Shown here one piece after another: positions 25,939 through 40,900 of a stretch of 64,000 nt of DNA. The stretch is from the NCBI RefSeq assembly GCF_964355755.1, contig NC_092680.1:17245045-17309044 (forward strand), in the 5' to 3' direction. Under the pieces are notes generated by a model that had not been told where the DNA came from, did not search any database, and saw nothing but the letters and a program-made list of their open reading frames with translations. The DNA is from Antedon mediterranea. Taxonomy: Eukaryota > Animalia > Echinodermata. Position numbers and translations under genes: made by a program. The first letter of the stretch is position 1, and every line of letters begins with the position of its first letter.

Positions 25939-28900
25939 TTAGTCACTATCGCTTTCTTGGCTTTCCTCGTAGTCTGTCCAGTCGACAGCTGGAAGCTTAC
26001 CGGCACGCTGTAAGCTTTCCAGAACCGCAAAATGACAAAATTCATACTGGTCGGGTGTCTGTATACTGAAAGCACGCTGTGTTCGCATTTTACGTACTGT
26101 GTCGTATATATTTAACTTCTGTGTGATTTCTAAACGGACTAACGTGATATCGATTGTGCAGAAAGTTCCTAAACATTTTCAATAAGAAAAAAATAATTTT
26201 GGTTACAAAGTAGAATAAATTTAATAGAGATGAACATTGATGTGAAGAGAAAGGGAAATGGAACAGTCCATGTGACATAGCTGACTGTATCAATGTCTAT
26301 TGCATGCATGACACCACCAAGGTGCAATACAATACAACCCTTCTTTTTCAACAACTCTGTTCAGGGGACACATCATGTGAAGTAAATGAGAGGAAATATA
26401 CCCTTTCAGGAATACTTTGTTGGGTATCCATGTGTTTCATTTAATAGGGATTTCAATGTAGTAGAAATCAGATTTTTGATATTTTCTTTTGTTGTAACAC
26501 CATACTGAACAAATTTCTTTAATATAAATTAATAAAATTATAATTTAAATATATATTTGTTCATATAAAAAGGTTACATGCCTGTTCTGCCTATACCAGC
26601 GCTGCAATGCACCAAGATGGGAGGTCCATTAGGATGTCCTATCCAATCAGATCCCATCGACTCAACAGCTTCTCTCTGGTACAGACGAACCTCATTCCTG
26701 AACTCCAGCATCGCTATAGCTGAGCGCGGTACCCCAAAGTCTGGCCAACTTGTAAATTGATAGTGCGCAATTTTTCGGCATTCTCCTAACTTTTGACAAA
26801 ATATTTAAAACCAAAATTAACAATCAAAAAAAATAGTTCACTTAAAATTTGAAAAGAATAGAAAAATGAAATGGATTATAAATAATGTAATTTATGTGGG
26901 GAATCAATAACCTGTGTATAGCAGCATAACTGGGCTGAACATACAAATTCACTTTCCTCTGTGGATTCCTTTGTGTCGTGCATAGTAAAATTGCAATCAA
27001 AAAACACCAATTTGTCTGTCCACAATGACAAAGGCTGAGATGAACCAGTACACCAGGGTAACCCCTACACTCTTCTAAAGTATGCTCTTAAAATTTTAAA
27101 GCGCACACAAGCCAGATGTATATAGTGGACCTCAAGTCCTTATTCAATCACTTGACTCGATTAACTTTGATAGGAGTAAATGCTATGGTTAAATAAGTGA
27201 TGTATAAACTGAACAGAAACCATTATGGTGGCAATCAAATAAATTAATGACACTTCTCACACATTATAAATTAATACACAATTTTCAGAACAATTAGTTA
27301 CAACTCACTATTTCATCTTAATACAATTACCTTAAATAATTAATAGGAATATACATAATTAGGATGGTTCAGTGAGAATTTGGTTTAATAAATTATGCTT
27401 AAAATTCCACTTTAGAGGATTTCAGAAAAGAACAACTATCTTCTTTGAAATTAATTTGTCTTTTAAGATATTTTGTATTAAAGATCATGCCAAGGTTGTT
27501 TTTTTTTAGCTTACACAAGAAATTCCATTGCTTGAAATTGCAAGTAAAACTCAATTTACAATCATAGTTTATCTCTTTTGTTTGAGTATTTTGTATGTCA
27601 AAGAATGCGTGGAGACAGTTACGGGATGTCAAAACAATTCTACTGCTTACTGGAAAAATGAGTGTATATGTTCAAGCTTTATGAAATGCTTTAATATTAG
27701 AAGATTGCAGTTATAAATTCAGTTAAATTAAAAACCTAACTGCATTAACTGCAGTATAGAAAAGTCATTTTTTTTTAATCAGTTAAATTAAAGAGCAAAC
27801 TGTGGTAAAATAATGAAGACATGGTGATTGTTTTGCCAAAATATTAAACATTTTATTATTATTATTATTATATCAAAATTTATAAAGCGTCAATTCAAAG
27901 ACCGAGGTACAAAATCAAAGGCGCTGGGCATGTTAGTGGTCGAAAAAATGAGTTTTGAGCAATTTTTTAAATAAGGCAACAGAAGAGCAGTGTTTAATTT
28001 GTGGGGGGAGTGAATTCCAGAGTGTGGGTGCAGCAAAAGAAAACGATCTATGACCAAAGGTTTTAGTGGCTATGCGTGGAACAGAGAGTAAAAAATCATC
28101 AGATGATCTAAGAGTCCGTCCAGGAACATAAAAGGTGATTAATTTACGGATGTAAGCAGGCTGGTTAAAAAGAAGTACTTTAAAAGTAAGGAGCAAGATT
28201 TTGAATTTGATTTGATTGTCAATGGGGAGCCAGTGAAGTTCTCGAAGAACAGGTGAAATGTGAGAGCGACGGTTTTGGAACTTGTGCCTCATTTCCTTAA
28301 ATTCATTCATTCATTCATACACATTTATTCAGTTATAACTACTACAACTAGGGCCCTACAATACATGAAAAGAAATATAGAACATACAGGTAGAAGAATG
28401 TAGGTAGCGTTTTACAGATTTTTTTAAAGTAAAACCAGAATATAATGTAATAGTTCTCACACGAATGTTAAACATAGAAAAGGAAAATATAAGATATTTT
28501 GTCTGATTTGCCATTTTATAAGTCATATTTTTTTATTACATTATATGTGTTTTATATTTAAAAATCCAAATTACTAAAAGCTAAATGAAACACAGCCAGA
28601 AGAAAGAGCCTTGTTTCCAGACAACAACACTCTTTGATTTATATATATATATATTTTTCAAAAATACTAAAAAAAAAGACAAAAATGCTGCAAAACTTAC
28701 TATATTATTTTGTACAAAAAGTGTTGACACAATGTAATCTCTTTTCTTCTCAACTTCTAAATTCACCACTGTCATATTTCCATACTCTTCGGCCGTTTCT
28801 GGATCTGGAGGCCAGTACTGCGCGCATTTTGTACGCCCTCGTTCCACCGTCCTTGTTGTCATTACGATGACTAGAATATTTTCTTGCCATATCATTCGCC

Positions 28901-31900
28901 AGTAATCATTTATGGTATTTGGCAGTGGTCCTAAAGATAAAATATGAAAACCATTTTATTATTTTTTTATAATATATAAATTTGTTACATATCAACACCT
29001 CTTTGATACATTAATAAAGAGCTAACTGTAGTGTAAAACTGTATGTACACTACTGTATCAAACTTTATGATACAAAAAAATGTGATGTGGTCATATTATG
29101 TCATATCACTACCATATTTGGGCACATCACATGTTGTCAAACTAGTTTATAGTGTAGAGATTTAGGGACTAATAAATAAAATAAAAATCACAGGCCATTG
29201 GAATAAATCAATTACATATCCCAGGTCAAAGTTCACTATCAATGTACTATGTTAAGCTTTGTGTACACTATCACACTTTGTGTGACAAAAAAAGTGATGT
29301 GACCATATATGGACACGATGACATCATACACTACCATATTTGGGCACATCACACTTTTTTGCCCAAATATTTCCATTTAAACAACACAGCGCCGTCTACT
29401 GTTCTGTGAAACAAGTGTGAATGAGGCTTTAGAAGCAATTTCTCAAGTAATAGTAACAATACCTTGTGCTGCTATGAAGGCATTTTTATGCATAAAACCA
29501 TCAACATAATTTGCGTTGATATAATCTGTTGCTAGATCATCCTCTAGCGATGGCTGTAATCGCACCCTACTGTGATCAAAGCATAGCACATCCGCATAGC
29601 GGTTCTTGGGAATGTTTCTCTTACTTCTACAGATAAAAAAGTTTAATAATATATTATTATGTATAAAATACAACAATAAGCATTAAAGGTAAAATACAAC
29701 AGATTAATAATATCATATTATCTAAGGAAAAATGATGAATGTCTTACAATTACGTAGAAAATTATAAGTCTTTTTTAATGAATGCACTGTAAACAAGTTT
29801 TTTTCTAATTTCCTTTCTTTGTGAATTTACATCCTTTTGATTCAACAATTAAAGACTTTATAGTTTTACCGTTAACTTTACTGCGGAACTTGGACATAAT
29901 TGTACTAAATACTCAGCACATTGAGAATACTTATTCTTGGATGGAAAGGAAACAGTGGGTAGTGCACCATTAAAACTAAAAATACTACGGAGTAGATTTG
30001 TTTTAGGGAGTGAAGTTATTGGTCAATGTTATTGGACTTTTCTGACATAGCTGGAGTGAATAGTCAGTACCTTATTAGGTACTTATGCATAATAGAATTA
30101 CATAGAGCAAGAACTATGGTGGCCTATAGCCTTTAGAATACTATATTTAACTCAACTAAAACATGCATTTTTAACAGTACAAGAAACTTGACCACGGCCA
30201 TCCGTTCTTACTTTGAATATGAAAATGAACCTGAAGGGGGTTCACTCCTTATATCTGCATATTCCTTATATATTCCTTGCTGTTTCATGTCCTGCATTTG
30301 CTGAACCAACTCAGCTGGAGTAATTCCCTTATCTTCAAGCCTATGGATACTTTCGCCATCTGGAATTGTGCTCGATACCCTCACGGGTACAGGCGGAGGT
30401 GGTGAGTTGGCATTCGGGTCGGGTCTTGGTGGTTTTGGTGGCGGTAATGACGGCATATCACCATCTTCATCTTCGCTGTTCGTTTCCAACGATTGCACTA
30501 ATGCGAATATTTTTCCGTCTATGACTGGATGTACGGCCATGTTGTCACCATTACTGCCAATACCATTGGTGGAAGGCGAGCTGATGCTGGCCTCAATAGA
30601 AGGACTTTGTTGCCACGTGTTCCCTTGTATTGGCACAACAGAGTTCAGCATGTCAGTTCTTTGGTCTTTGTTTGAGCCAATCGGATTTATCCTTATTTGA
30701 TTATTGTCTTGTGAAAATAACTCTACAGCCTTCTCATTGGCTGATAGTGCCGTCGGACCGTCGTTCAGTACTTCGGAAAAATCCGTAGTTATCCTCTTTT
30801 CGTACGAAGCATTCAAACAGGACTTTAACCACTCCATATGGTTGAACGTGGTCGTACCGCCTAACTCAGTTGGAAGAGATTCTTTTGGAAGAAACCGGAC
30901 TAATTTTTCTAAATTTACAAGCATTACCTGTAAGATATAAATACGAAAAGTTGTTAATAAACATAGTATAGTTGTGTTCACACGGACTAGTGTTAAGCAT
31001 GCATAAAACAGACTTAAGCTAATCCAAATCACATGAGAGTTACATCCGACAAAATTGATTGTTTATCGACTAACTCTCTTAAACCTCTGCATTGTTAACT
31101 CTGATGTACCTCTATATAACTCTGATAGGTTTCATTCAATGTAAAATTGTACCACACATATTTAAATGTAGAACTAAGTTAAACCGATTGATCGACCGTA
31201 CTATTTAACTCCGATACAAATAAGAACATGTGTAAACATAGCATGGTTAACAGGCAATTGGTTTCTCACTTCAAAATACATGATATTTTTTAACCTGACC
31301 TCTCTGCCATTCCCACCTCCTAGTACAAAATTAGGTCAAGTTTAGGGATACACGTCTATACGGTAGTGGTTTGGCTCCATGTAGATTCCTTATACAAAAT
31401 GATGGTCAAAAGAGCAAGAAAACTGTACATGTGAATTAACTGCTATACCGAATTCATTAACTTCATTCGCATGATCAAATGGCAAATTTGTTTTACTTGT
31501 CTTTAACACGGCGGTGCATACGGCAATGTAGGTCTATCAAAACAGGTTCAAACGCATTCTTTATTACACATTCATTTAAATATTCATGATTTTACATAAT
31601 TTATACTTCCGGTAAAATCTATAATTCAAAATAATAATCAAATCCTTCGTCGGCTTACTAATGTACATTAATGGCTTATAGTAGGTAGCATCATTCCTAC
31701 CAACACATTTTTTAAATCTTCTTTTTAATGTATAAAGGGAAACAACCTATTTGCAAGGATTATAGTCATACCTCAGGCAAATCTCTAACATCAATAATTT
31801 TACCACCAATCAGATGCGAGGATGAAAACGGTTACTGACTGAGTACGTTTAGACTTAATTTGTCTTCTTCATTTTAATGTTGGGAAACAACCTATTAGAC

Positions 31901-34900
31901 TGAAGGATATGCTCATGTATTTTGTGAATCTTAAAATATACTATAATTTCACCGCCAATCACAATCAATTCGAAAACTCTAATACAAATTTATAGTTTAA
32001 AGTGAACTACTGTATTAAAGATACTGTACATTACACATATCTCATTCATAGACCATTTTGTAGTTTTTTATTATTATTATTATTCAGCCATTACGCAATA
32101 AAAATGAATGTATAAATGATTTTTCTTACACGAGTATAACAGACACAAAAACTATTAAATCCATTGATTTTGCAGTCAATGGGTTTCAGGTTGACTTCTT
32201 TTTTTGTTTTAATTTCAGTTTTATTATAAAAAAAAATCCTTGTTTAATCCTTTTATTATGTGACATTAAAATTGCTACTTCAATAAAAAAATAGTTATTT
32301 TTTAAAGGGAACAATATGTGTTATATTATTTTGAATTTGACAGACATGATAGGAAACTGGCTCAGCTACAGTGATTAAGTTCACTTAGATTGACCCGTGG
32401 TCTCCCCAATTTCAGTTTTTTGTTTGTTATGATATTGAAATAGACCGAATAAATCATGAAATGAAACACCATTGCCCTTGATTGACGTAAAAATTAAAGC
32501 AGTCAGCCTTTTTTTTATTCACCACTAAATCTATTTTATCTTATATTAATAAATAAAAAAAAACCAAATAAATGTTACCAATGCAAAATAAAAACCTACC
32601 CTTTCTCTAATCTTTTCTTTCAGTAGCGGTTTCAGAATGCCGTACATTGCTTTGAACCAGAGTGGGGGCGCTACAACATACACACGTTTCAACCTTGCAG
32701 GGTAGCCATCCCGGAGCATGCTCAGTAGCTTGCGGCTCAAGTTTATATCAAAATTAGAAAGATTTGAATCGGTCATGTTGTAAACAAAGACGAGTCCATT
32801 TCGTTGAGTATTTATACTGAAAAGAACCAAAATGAAGCATTAAGTGAGTAATATTTAAATGTCTTTGTGGGAATATAATGAAAGAAACTTGACAATGAGA
32901 TAATAAATAAATTAATTCCCTTAGTTTTTTTCAAGTACCATTTGGATGCTCAACGGCCATTAGCCTTGTTAACAGAAAACCAATCCATATTCTCAGAACT
33001 TCTTCCAACAACCAGCTTATATGAATAATTCTGTTATATGAAATTAGGTCAAGTTTATCCAAGTGATTCGGTCTTTTTATTCTACATGGATAAATTTAAT
33101 ACAAAATGTGTATGCCATATTTGGGATGAGCAGAGCAGGCTTATGTCATAAAGTTGTAGATTTATACTTAAAGGGGCTTATACATGGAGATATGTGATGA
33201 GCCCATATATGGACATGATGATGTCATATCACTACCATATTTGGGCACATCACTACCTCTACCATATTTGAACACATCACACTGTTTTTTGTTAAATAGT
33301 TTGATAATGTAGACAAGCTTTAAGCTCTGTATACTATCAAACAAGTGTAGTGTAGACAGAGCTTTAGAGTGAGTTTATAAACCAGCATTTCATTTTACAG
33401 TATCTGAGAGTGGGCTATCATTTAAATCGTATGAGAATAATAAATTCTCATTTTAATTTGTGAAAAGTGGATTGAAAACTATTAATGTACTTAAATACCT
33501 ATCATCAACCTGTACCCATTTTTAATTATAAAATATTTAATGATAATTTTGTAATTTCAATGAAATGGAAATAGTGATGTAAAATATTTTGTTTTTCATT
33601 CATGAATTGTAGTCTAATATAATTCATAAATGTAAAAAATAATAATAATATATAAAAATATATATATATATCATCGCTGTTTTCCAACCAAATAGGAAAG
33701 AATTAAATCTTCAAAGAGGAAATGGGTTTAAGGAAAAGTCAATTGACAACAGACCACTAGCAAGATTCACTCACTGTAAACCGCTTTATTCCCAGTAGTA
33801 CAACATAGTTTAATGTTGCCATACACGGCCTAGCCTGTTTTTATTAGTGAGTTATACATTATTTTATGCCCAATTCCGAGAAAATCTGCCTTCGTTTCCT
33901 CATTAACTTAAGCTGAAATGGATCTATTCAAAAGCATGATTGGCTAGAGGATTCACATTGAGAGCCTTTCATGCTATTTATACACTTCACAATTTAACAT
34001 TTCTGTTTTTATTCTCCATTTTGCTTTTGATTGTTAAATAAAAACCTAGCGTCTTTATTTTTATATTATTAGTGTTTAATTTGAAATTCTGTCCGTATAT
34101 TTTTTTAAAGTTTCTACAATTTGTTTAAGTCTAAAGCTATGTCTACACTATCAAACTTGGTGTCATATCACTACCGGGTCATTCCATGTCAAATCAACCA
34201 GACCACCGTTTTGGATTTTGACGAAACTTTAAAAAAATTATCCATTATGTGAAAAACTCACTCACAAAAAAATTTAACCATATACGGTATGTAGTTTCCA
34301 AGATATTGACATCTCAAAAAGGGGGCGTGGTTGTTAAAAATTTGCGAATGCAATTTCCTCGGACTTTGGAAGCTTATAACTCAAGATTGGTAATAGCTAT
34401 CAAGCTCAAACTTGGAATTCCAAATTATTTCTGGCCATATTATAGAAATATGTTTTGAGATTAACTCTTATCACTTTCCCTTTAAAGTTATCTGAACTCT
34501 AAATAGCCATTTCGTTTAACAACGCAGATTTTGTTTAATTTTCGGGGTTGTCTGTAAGAGTGGGTAGATACATTTCATATTGCAAATATATTATCTGTGG
34601 ATAGTTGTCTATAGCCACAAAGAAGCACAGGCTGATTAAATGAATAGAAATGAAATAATATCTATTCAAAGTTGGGATCAGATCTAAAAAAGTGAAAAAC
34701 GCGTATATTTCTTATTAACGGTTAGTTATGTGGACAGTGAAAACTTGTTTTAAAATTTACACCAATTAATCAGACATATTGGATCTACATATAGACCAAA
34801 TTTCAGCTTTGGTACTCAACTCATTCATATTTAGATACTTTGTTAAACATCCTGACATGACAGGGCTTGAACCCTTGGATTGGTAGGCAAGCATCATAAC

Positions 34901-37900
34901 TACCAAGCCACAACTCAACTGAGTTTATTAATTTAGGCTATTTGGCTGGAAGCACAGTTTTCATATTGCAGGATTTACCATTGTTCACCTGCTCTCTACC
35001 TGCTGCTTATAAATACCTATTAATGCTCTTTAAGTGATAACATCATTTGGGGAAAAAAAAATAAACACAACCAACCATAGCATAAAACTAACTTCAAATA
35101 ACGAGAGGCAAGCAATCATGCAACGTTTCGATCTTTATTTGATCATCATGATTCAAAGTTTCGATCTTTATTTGATCGATGATCAAATAAAGATCGAAAC
35201 ATTGAATCATGACTTGCCTCTTGTTGGAGTTAAGTTTTATGCTATGTTATTTAAACATAATCAGTGCATCTATTGGATTTTGGAAACAACCAACCATGCT
35301 ACTGTCACGTCATAAACTACACAACCCAAAAAAAAACATGAATTAACTAAAAGTGAATACATTAATTTGTTTAGGATACAGCGGCAATAGGATTGATGAT
35401 TGGATAGTTGTAGTATATTGTTTAATGTAAGTCTAGCGTGAACAATGGCTTGTTGGCCAAACCAGGATATCCTTAATATTCTTGTACGGTAGTTTAAATT
35501 GTGTTTGTATCCAAATTTTATGAAGTATTCTGACATAATAAAGTGCAAGTATAAATAAATAAAAGTCTAAGTCTAAAGCTCTGCCTACACTATCAAACTC
35601 GTTTGGCAAAAAAAAGTTTGATTGCCCAAATATGGTAGTGATATGCTTAAATATTGGTAGTGGTATGACATGTCTATATATGGGCACATCACATTTTTTG
35701 TCACATAAAGTTTGATAGAGTAGAGAAATCAGTGAGTAATATTATTATATAAATAATCTTGACACTGTAAACAACCATCATTTAACCCAAGACTATCTGG
35801 TCCCAACAATAGATTGCTTCGGCGATGCATTGTTGACGCGACCTTTAAACTTTGGTGTCAGATTTTAAACATGCATTGTGTCTGCATTGAAAATTCAACA
35901 TCTCCTGAACATCGCATAAAAAATAATTTTACTGCAAAATGTTCATGAAAGATTATATCACACATCACTGTATAACTGTTTATTAAATAAAACATGTTCT
36001 GATCTTCCAAAAGCAAGCAAAAAAAGCTGGATAGTGTATAAACATAGACATAGGTGCGCATGGAACCATCGCCACATACAATGTCAATAGACATGTCGTT
36101 TTGCATGCATGAAGGTCAAAACAATTTTTCAATTTTGAAACATTCATACAGGCATGTGGGCTAAAAACATTTTCCAGTGTGGTACTCAAGTTAGGTCATG
36201 TGAAACCCATCGCTGAATCCGTCAGGAAGGATAGCCAATATATCAGTATAATTCCTTTCCTAATAGTTTTGATTTCATCTACTTCCAGTTTCGTTGTACT
36301 TTATTTCCTGTTTGAGGCGGGTGTGGATTTTCCCTTTTTAACTAAAATGTATTTTTACCTACAGGTATAATTTCCTCCATGGTAGTGTTACCGAGATTAC
36401 TCCCTAAGAGATTGACACTATAGATAAGACCTTATTGAATATACACTCACCATTAAAACTAAAGATTTAAAAAAATAGTCCAACCAAATACCCACTCACA
36501 ACCCCCCCTCCCGCCTGCAGTTAAGATAAAGGATACCATTGTTAGAAATACTGACTATGTAACTGTGTAAAAACGCCTGGAATCACATTCTTGCAATGCC
36601 ATTTCATGATGCATGCGATAGAGTTGAAGTACTTGAATGAGCTTTCCTTCTATACTTTTGTTGCTATTAACATGTGTTTATTTTTTCTATCAAGGGATAT
36701 TTTTTTCTCAATCCTGGGACAAAATATTTTATCTATACAGGAAGTATAAAAAATAATATAAAATGAAACTGAGGTGGGTATTTACAGACAATATTGTTTG
36801 AATATGGTGGAATGCTGATTTTGTAAATTCTATAACTCTCCTTGTCTAACTGTATTCAATTTAATACTTTATAATGACTATAGTTTGCTTACTCTGCCAA
36901 TGCATGATCTAACTGGAAGACAACAGCCTTAAGAACGATGTGTGATGAAGTGGTGTTGGGGTTATGTAGCTTTGCTGTGTATAAAGCTATTGCTGCTCCA
37001 CCTGAATCACGATTTGGCTGTAAAGAGAAACAAAAAAATCATAATTAATAATTGTATGTACAAATCTTTACTAACTTAAGCTCTGTGTACACTATCAAAC
37101 TAGTTTGACAAAAATAGTGCGATGTGTGCAAATATGGTAGTGATATGCCTAAATATGGTAGTGATATGACATCATCAGTCCATATACAGTATGGGCACAT
37201 CACATTTTTTGTCACATAAAGTTTGATAGTGTAGACAGAGCTTTACTTTCAGCACAGTATCATGTACCATACAATTTGAGAACAGTTACTAAATTCCCTT
37301 TATTTTAACTTTTAAGATTTTTAAAATATTGTATGTACACTGTATGTAATTCATAGCAACGGCTTTGTATATACTGCAATAAATACAGTAAATAAATAAA
37401 AACTGGAAATCAATAGGCGTGACTATTGGTATTGGCAACAATAACAAACATTAGGACAAAAACATAATAAAAGAAATGCTCTGTAATATAAATTTTCTCT
37501 GTACAGTCAACTCTCCCAATACCGGACACCTTTGGGCCGGCCAAATAAGTCTGGTTTTCCGGAAAGTCTGGTATTCGGAATGTGTTTTTAATGGTAAAAT
37601 TAAATTTGGGACCTTTTGGTCCTCAAAAAAAGTCTGGTATTGGGAGAGTTTCTGGTTTTCAGAGAGTCCGGTATTGGGATAGTTGACTGTATACATGTTT
37701 GTTTTATCTAGATTTCAACACAATATCAAAATATTTTATATAATCTTTTAACCTCTGTCTGTGTAATATCACTTAAATATTCATTGATAAATAGATAGAT
37801 AGACATATATACTGTAACCTTCACCATATTGTTTATCATTGCAATAAAAGTGGGTTGCCCCCACAAAAGAGAAAAAAAAAATAAAAGAAATGTTCTTGTC

Positions 37901-40900
37901 TAAAAGATTAGTGTGAAAAACGTTAATAAGTAGTAGGCGTAGTTTTGCTTAAAGCAGTATGATTTTTTAAATGTTTTATTAGGGATCAAATATTTTTACT
38001 TTTGATTTTATTTCTTAAAAAAGTATTCTGTATAATTCTTCTTATTATTAATCATTTAAATGTACAAATCTAGCATTTTATCTATCTCTGTTTAAAAACG
38101 TTTGAATTGAATATATGTTGTTGAATAAATGAAACATAAAAAGCAAGTATATACAATACAAGGCAAAACAATCAATATTGTAGCCTACAGTACAATAGTG
38201 ATTTTAAGTCGAAACAAAAAAAATGAACCTATTTATTAATATCAGTGTTTAATTGTAAGGTGAATTGAACCATCTGTTAAATGGTTTATATCAAATAGCA
38301 CTTCACAGGAAACCATTAATTCTAGACGTTTTTAGTCAAGATCAAACTTAAAATAGGAAATATTCTTTAAAGCTATTTAGACAAAATGCTAAAAAAAAGA
38401 CAAATATAAATGTTCAGTACTTTACTATTATGCAAATTATACAAAGAGAAACATAAACAGGCTGTATAACATTTTTCAAAGCCGGGTATTAGAATATTAC
38501 ATCAAATTTTATTTCTTTTGTCGTTTGAAATTGAAAGCTTTCAGGCGTACATTGCTACGATGACAACTAATCCAGGAAGTAGGCATTAATCGGAGACTTC
38601 CAAAGTGAAGAGGAAGGGACCACGCAAATGACCACAAAGTGTAAATTAGGTCACGAACCGTGAATAGCAGCAGCAGCAGCAAATGGTGTGGTACAAATTT
38701 GAACAATGTGAAAAGGATCTGTGTGAAAAGTGTTCAAACAGCTACAAAGACTGTCATCCCATTTAAACTCTGTCTATACTATCAAACTTTTGTGACAAAA
38801 AAATGTGATGTGCCCATACATGGACATGATGATGTCATATCACTAACTACCATATTTGGGTATATCACTACCATATTTGGGCACATTATCACACCTTTCT
38901 GTCAAACTAGTTTGATAGTATAGACAGAGCTTTACATTAATTATGCAAAGAAAACCCTCGCATTAAGTTTTCACACCATAAATAATTAGGTTATTTTGTT
39001 AAAAACAACTATTTTATGATCAAGATCATGAATGAAAAGCATACTGTATTAAAAATCTGCTACAGTACAAGAAATTTCAAAGCAAGTGGTGGATCCAGCC
39101 TTGAAGAGAATGGAAGGGAGAGAGTTGCACAGACAATTAGCTGGATGTCTGGGATCCACCAATGTGAGATGTAGATTAAAAGTCCCAGATTTTTTGTCAT
39201 ATCAACTTGACACATGACACATCACTTTTGAATTGAATTGAAATATTTTATTTATAAAGTCTTCAGTCAAAGACTGGTCTCCAAGAGGGCAGTTATGACC
39301 AGTGGCTGTGATGTACAGTACTACTGTAGTACACAGGGGTAACCCCCATACTCGTCTCAAAAGAAGTACTAGGTTCTTTCAAGTGTACACGAGCTAGATG
39401 TGTACACTGGACCTACTTTACGGTTTATAGTTCTTATCTGAGAAGACTTGTTCTACCACCATAACCATGGAGCGAGAGAGCCTCAAACTCTTGCCGATGT
39501 TATGGCTATACAGTAATTACGTTTTCCTTGGCTTAACCACTCGACCACTCACTGGACGAGAATGTCCTGCTAACTAGCCCTACAGTAGCAGAAACCAGAG
39601 AGATCAAGATTATTTTCATCAACATACAGTAGGAATGGGATACCGTAGAGAAACATTTAGTACTGTAGGACCTAATTTCTAGCAGCAGTAGTATAGTCTG
39701 GTAGTCGGCCTCATACTAAAGTTAGATGTCAAATTACAATCATGTGAGGGACCACCTCAATATACACGATGAAATAATAATAATCATGTTCAGTACAGTG
39801 TGTTATGATTAGAAAGAACGAAATTTTCTTTTTTAATGCCATCTAATTTCTTGGTAACTATTAATTATAAATTTAAACAGGTAAAGTATCATGAGAAAAC
39901 TATTTAAAGTATGTATTTCCTGGATCCCATAATATTCAAGTTACTTCAAGAGAAACATTATCCTATAGTATTACAGTAGTTCTGCTTAATATGAATTAGC
40001 AAATTAAGTTTTTTCCCCAATTGAATAATTCAACATATTACGTTATTTACTTCCTGAACACAATTAACAAAGGAAAAGACTATTTTTGGATTATTGGACA
40101 CTAAAACCTGGTAAAGTTTCAACAATGGATTGAGTACAATTAGGTAAAAACACCCTTTGAATGGAATCACTGAGAAGTAAGTTATAACTGAAACATACAA
40201 TTTAAATAAACTCATTTTGTTTTAGTTTCAACCAATCTAACAACAGGACACTGAGCTCGCCTTGCCATGATAGGAACTCGTAATGTCCTTTGATCTTACT
40301 GTATGTCTGGCTGCGACAAATACCAATAGGCTGTACTACAGTATGTACATATAGTATTCTAACGTGGTGCGCAGTATCTAGATCGTGTCAAAGTCACAAA
40401 TACAGTCAATCCGGAGCTCAGTATCCTGTTGTTAGATTTCCTTGAATAAACTAATATCTAATTAATAATACAACATAATACAGTACTGTAGTAACCCTAC
40501 CTTTGGAACACATATATTAAAGGGGACACTTTTTTTTGATGGACAAATACAGTTTAATGTGTTTTTTAACACTAATAATAATAATAGGGAGGTTTCGCAA
40601 CCTTACGAATATGATAACGAAAACGGATACGTCATACATTTATGAAACTTTTGAGCTGATTCCCATTTCATATTCGTAAAGCGTATTCGTGTTGACGAAT
40701 ATCACCAGTCATATTCGTAACTACAAAACGAGTATAGTTTTTGATCTATTTTGCACATTTTGCATTTGAATTAGGAATGATTCATGATTATAATATAATT
40801 ATATATTTATTGAAAGTAATTTACTAAAGTAATTTACTAAAATTCCAGGTCAATTTAGATAAATAGCAGTTTTTAAAGTCCTCACTCGCTTTGATGTTAC

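Noticed and set aside
27933-28310. Independent 125-aa gene
   Set aside because: 3' fragment of an L2 ORF2; the upstream Met comes from a flanking (TGAA)n repeat.
30368-30940. Plus-strand ORFs of 110 and 78 aa
   Set aside because: Antisense shadows of PTPN9 exon 6.
35076-35246. Sixth member of the 7-bp-TSD hairpin class (CATAG termini)
   Set aside because: Much longer, and its flanks (AACCAAC / TTATTTA) are not duplicated.
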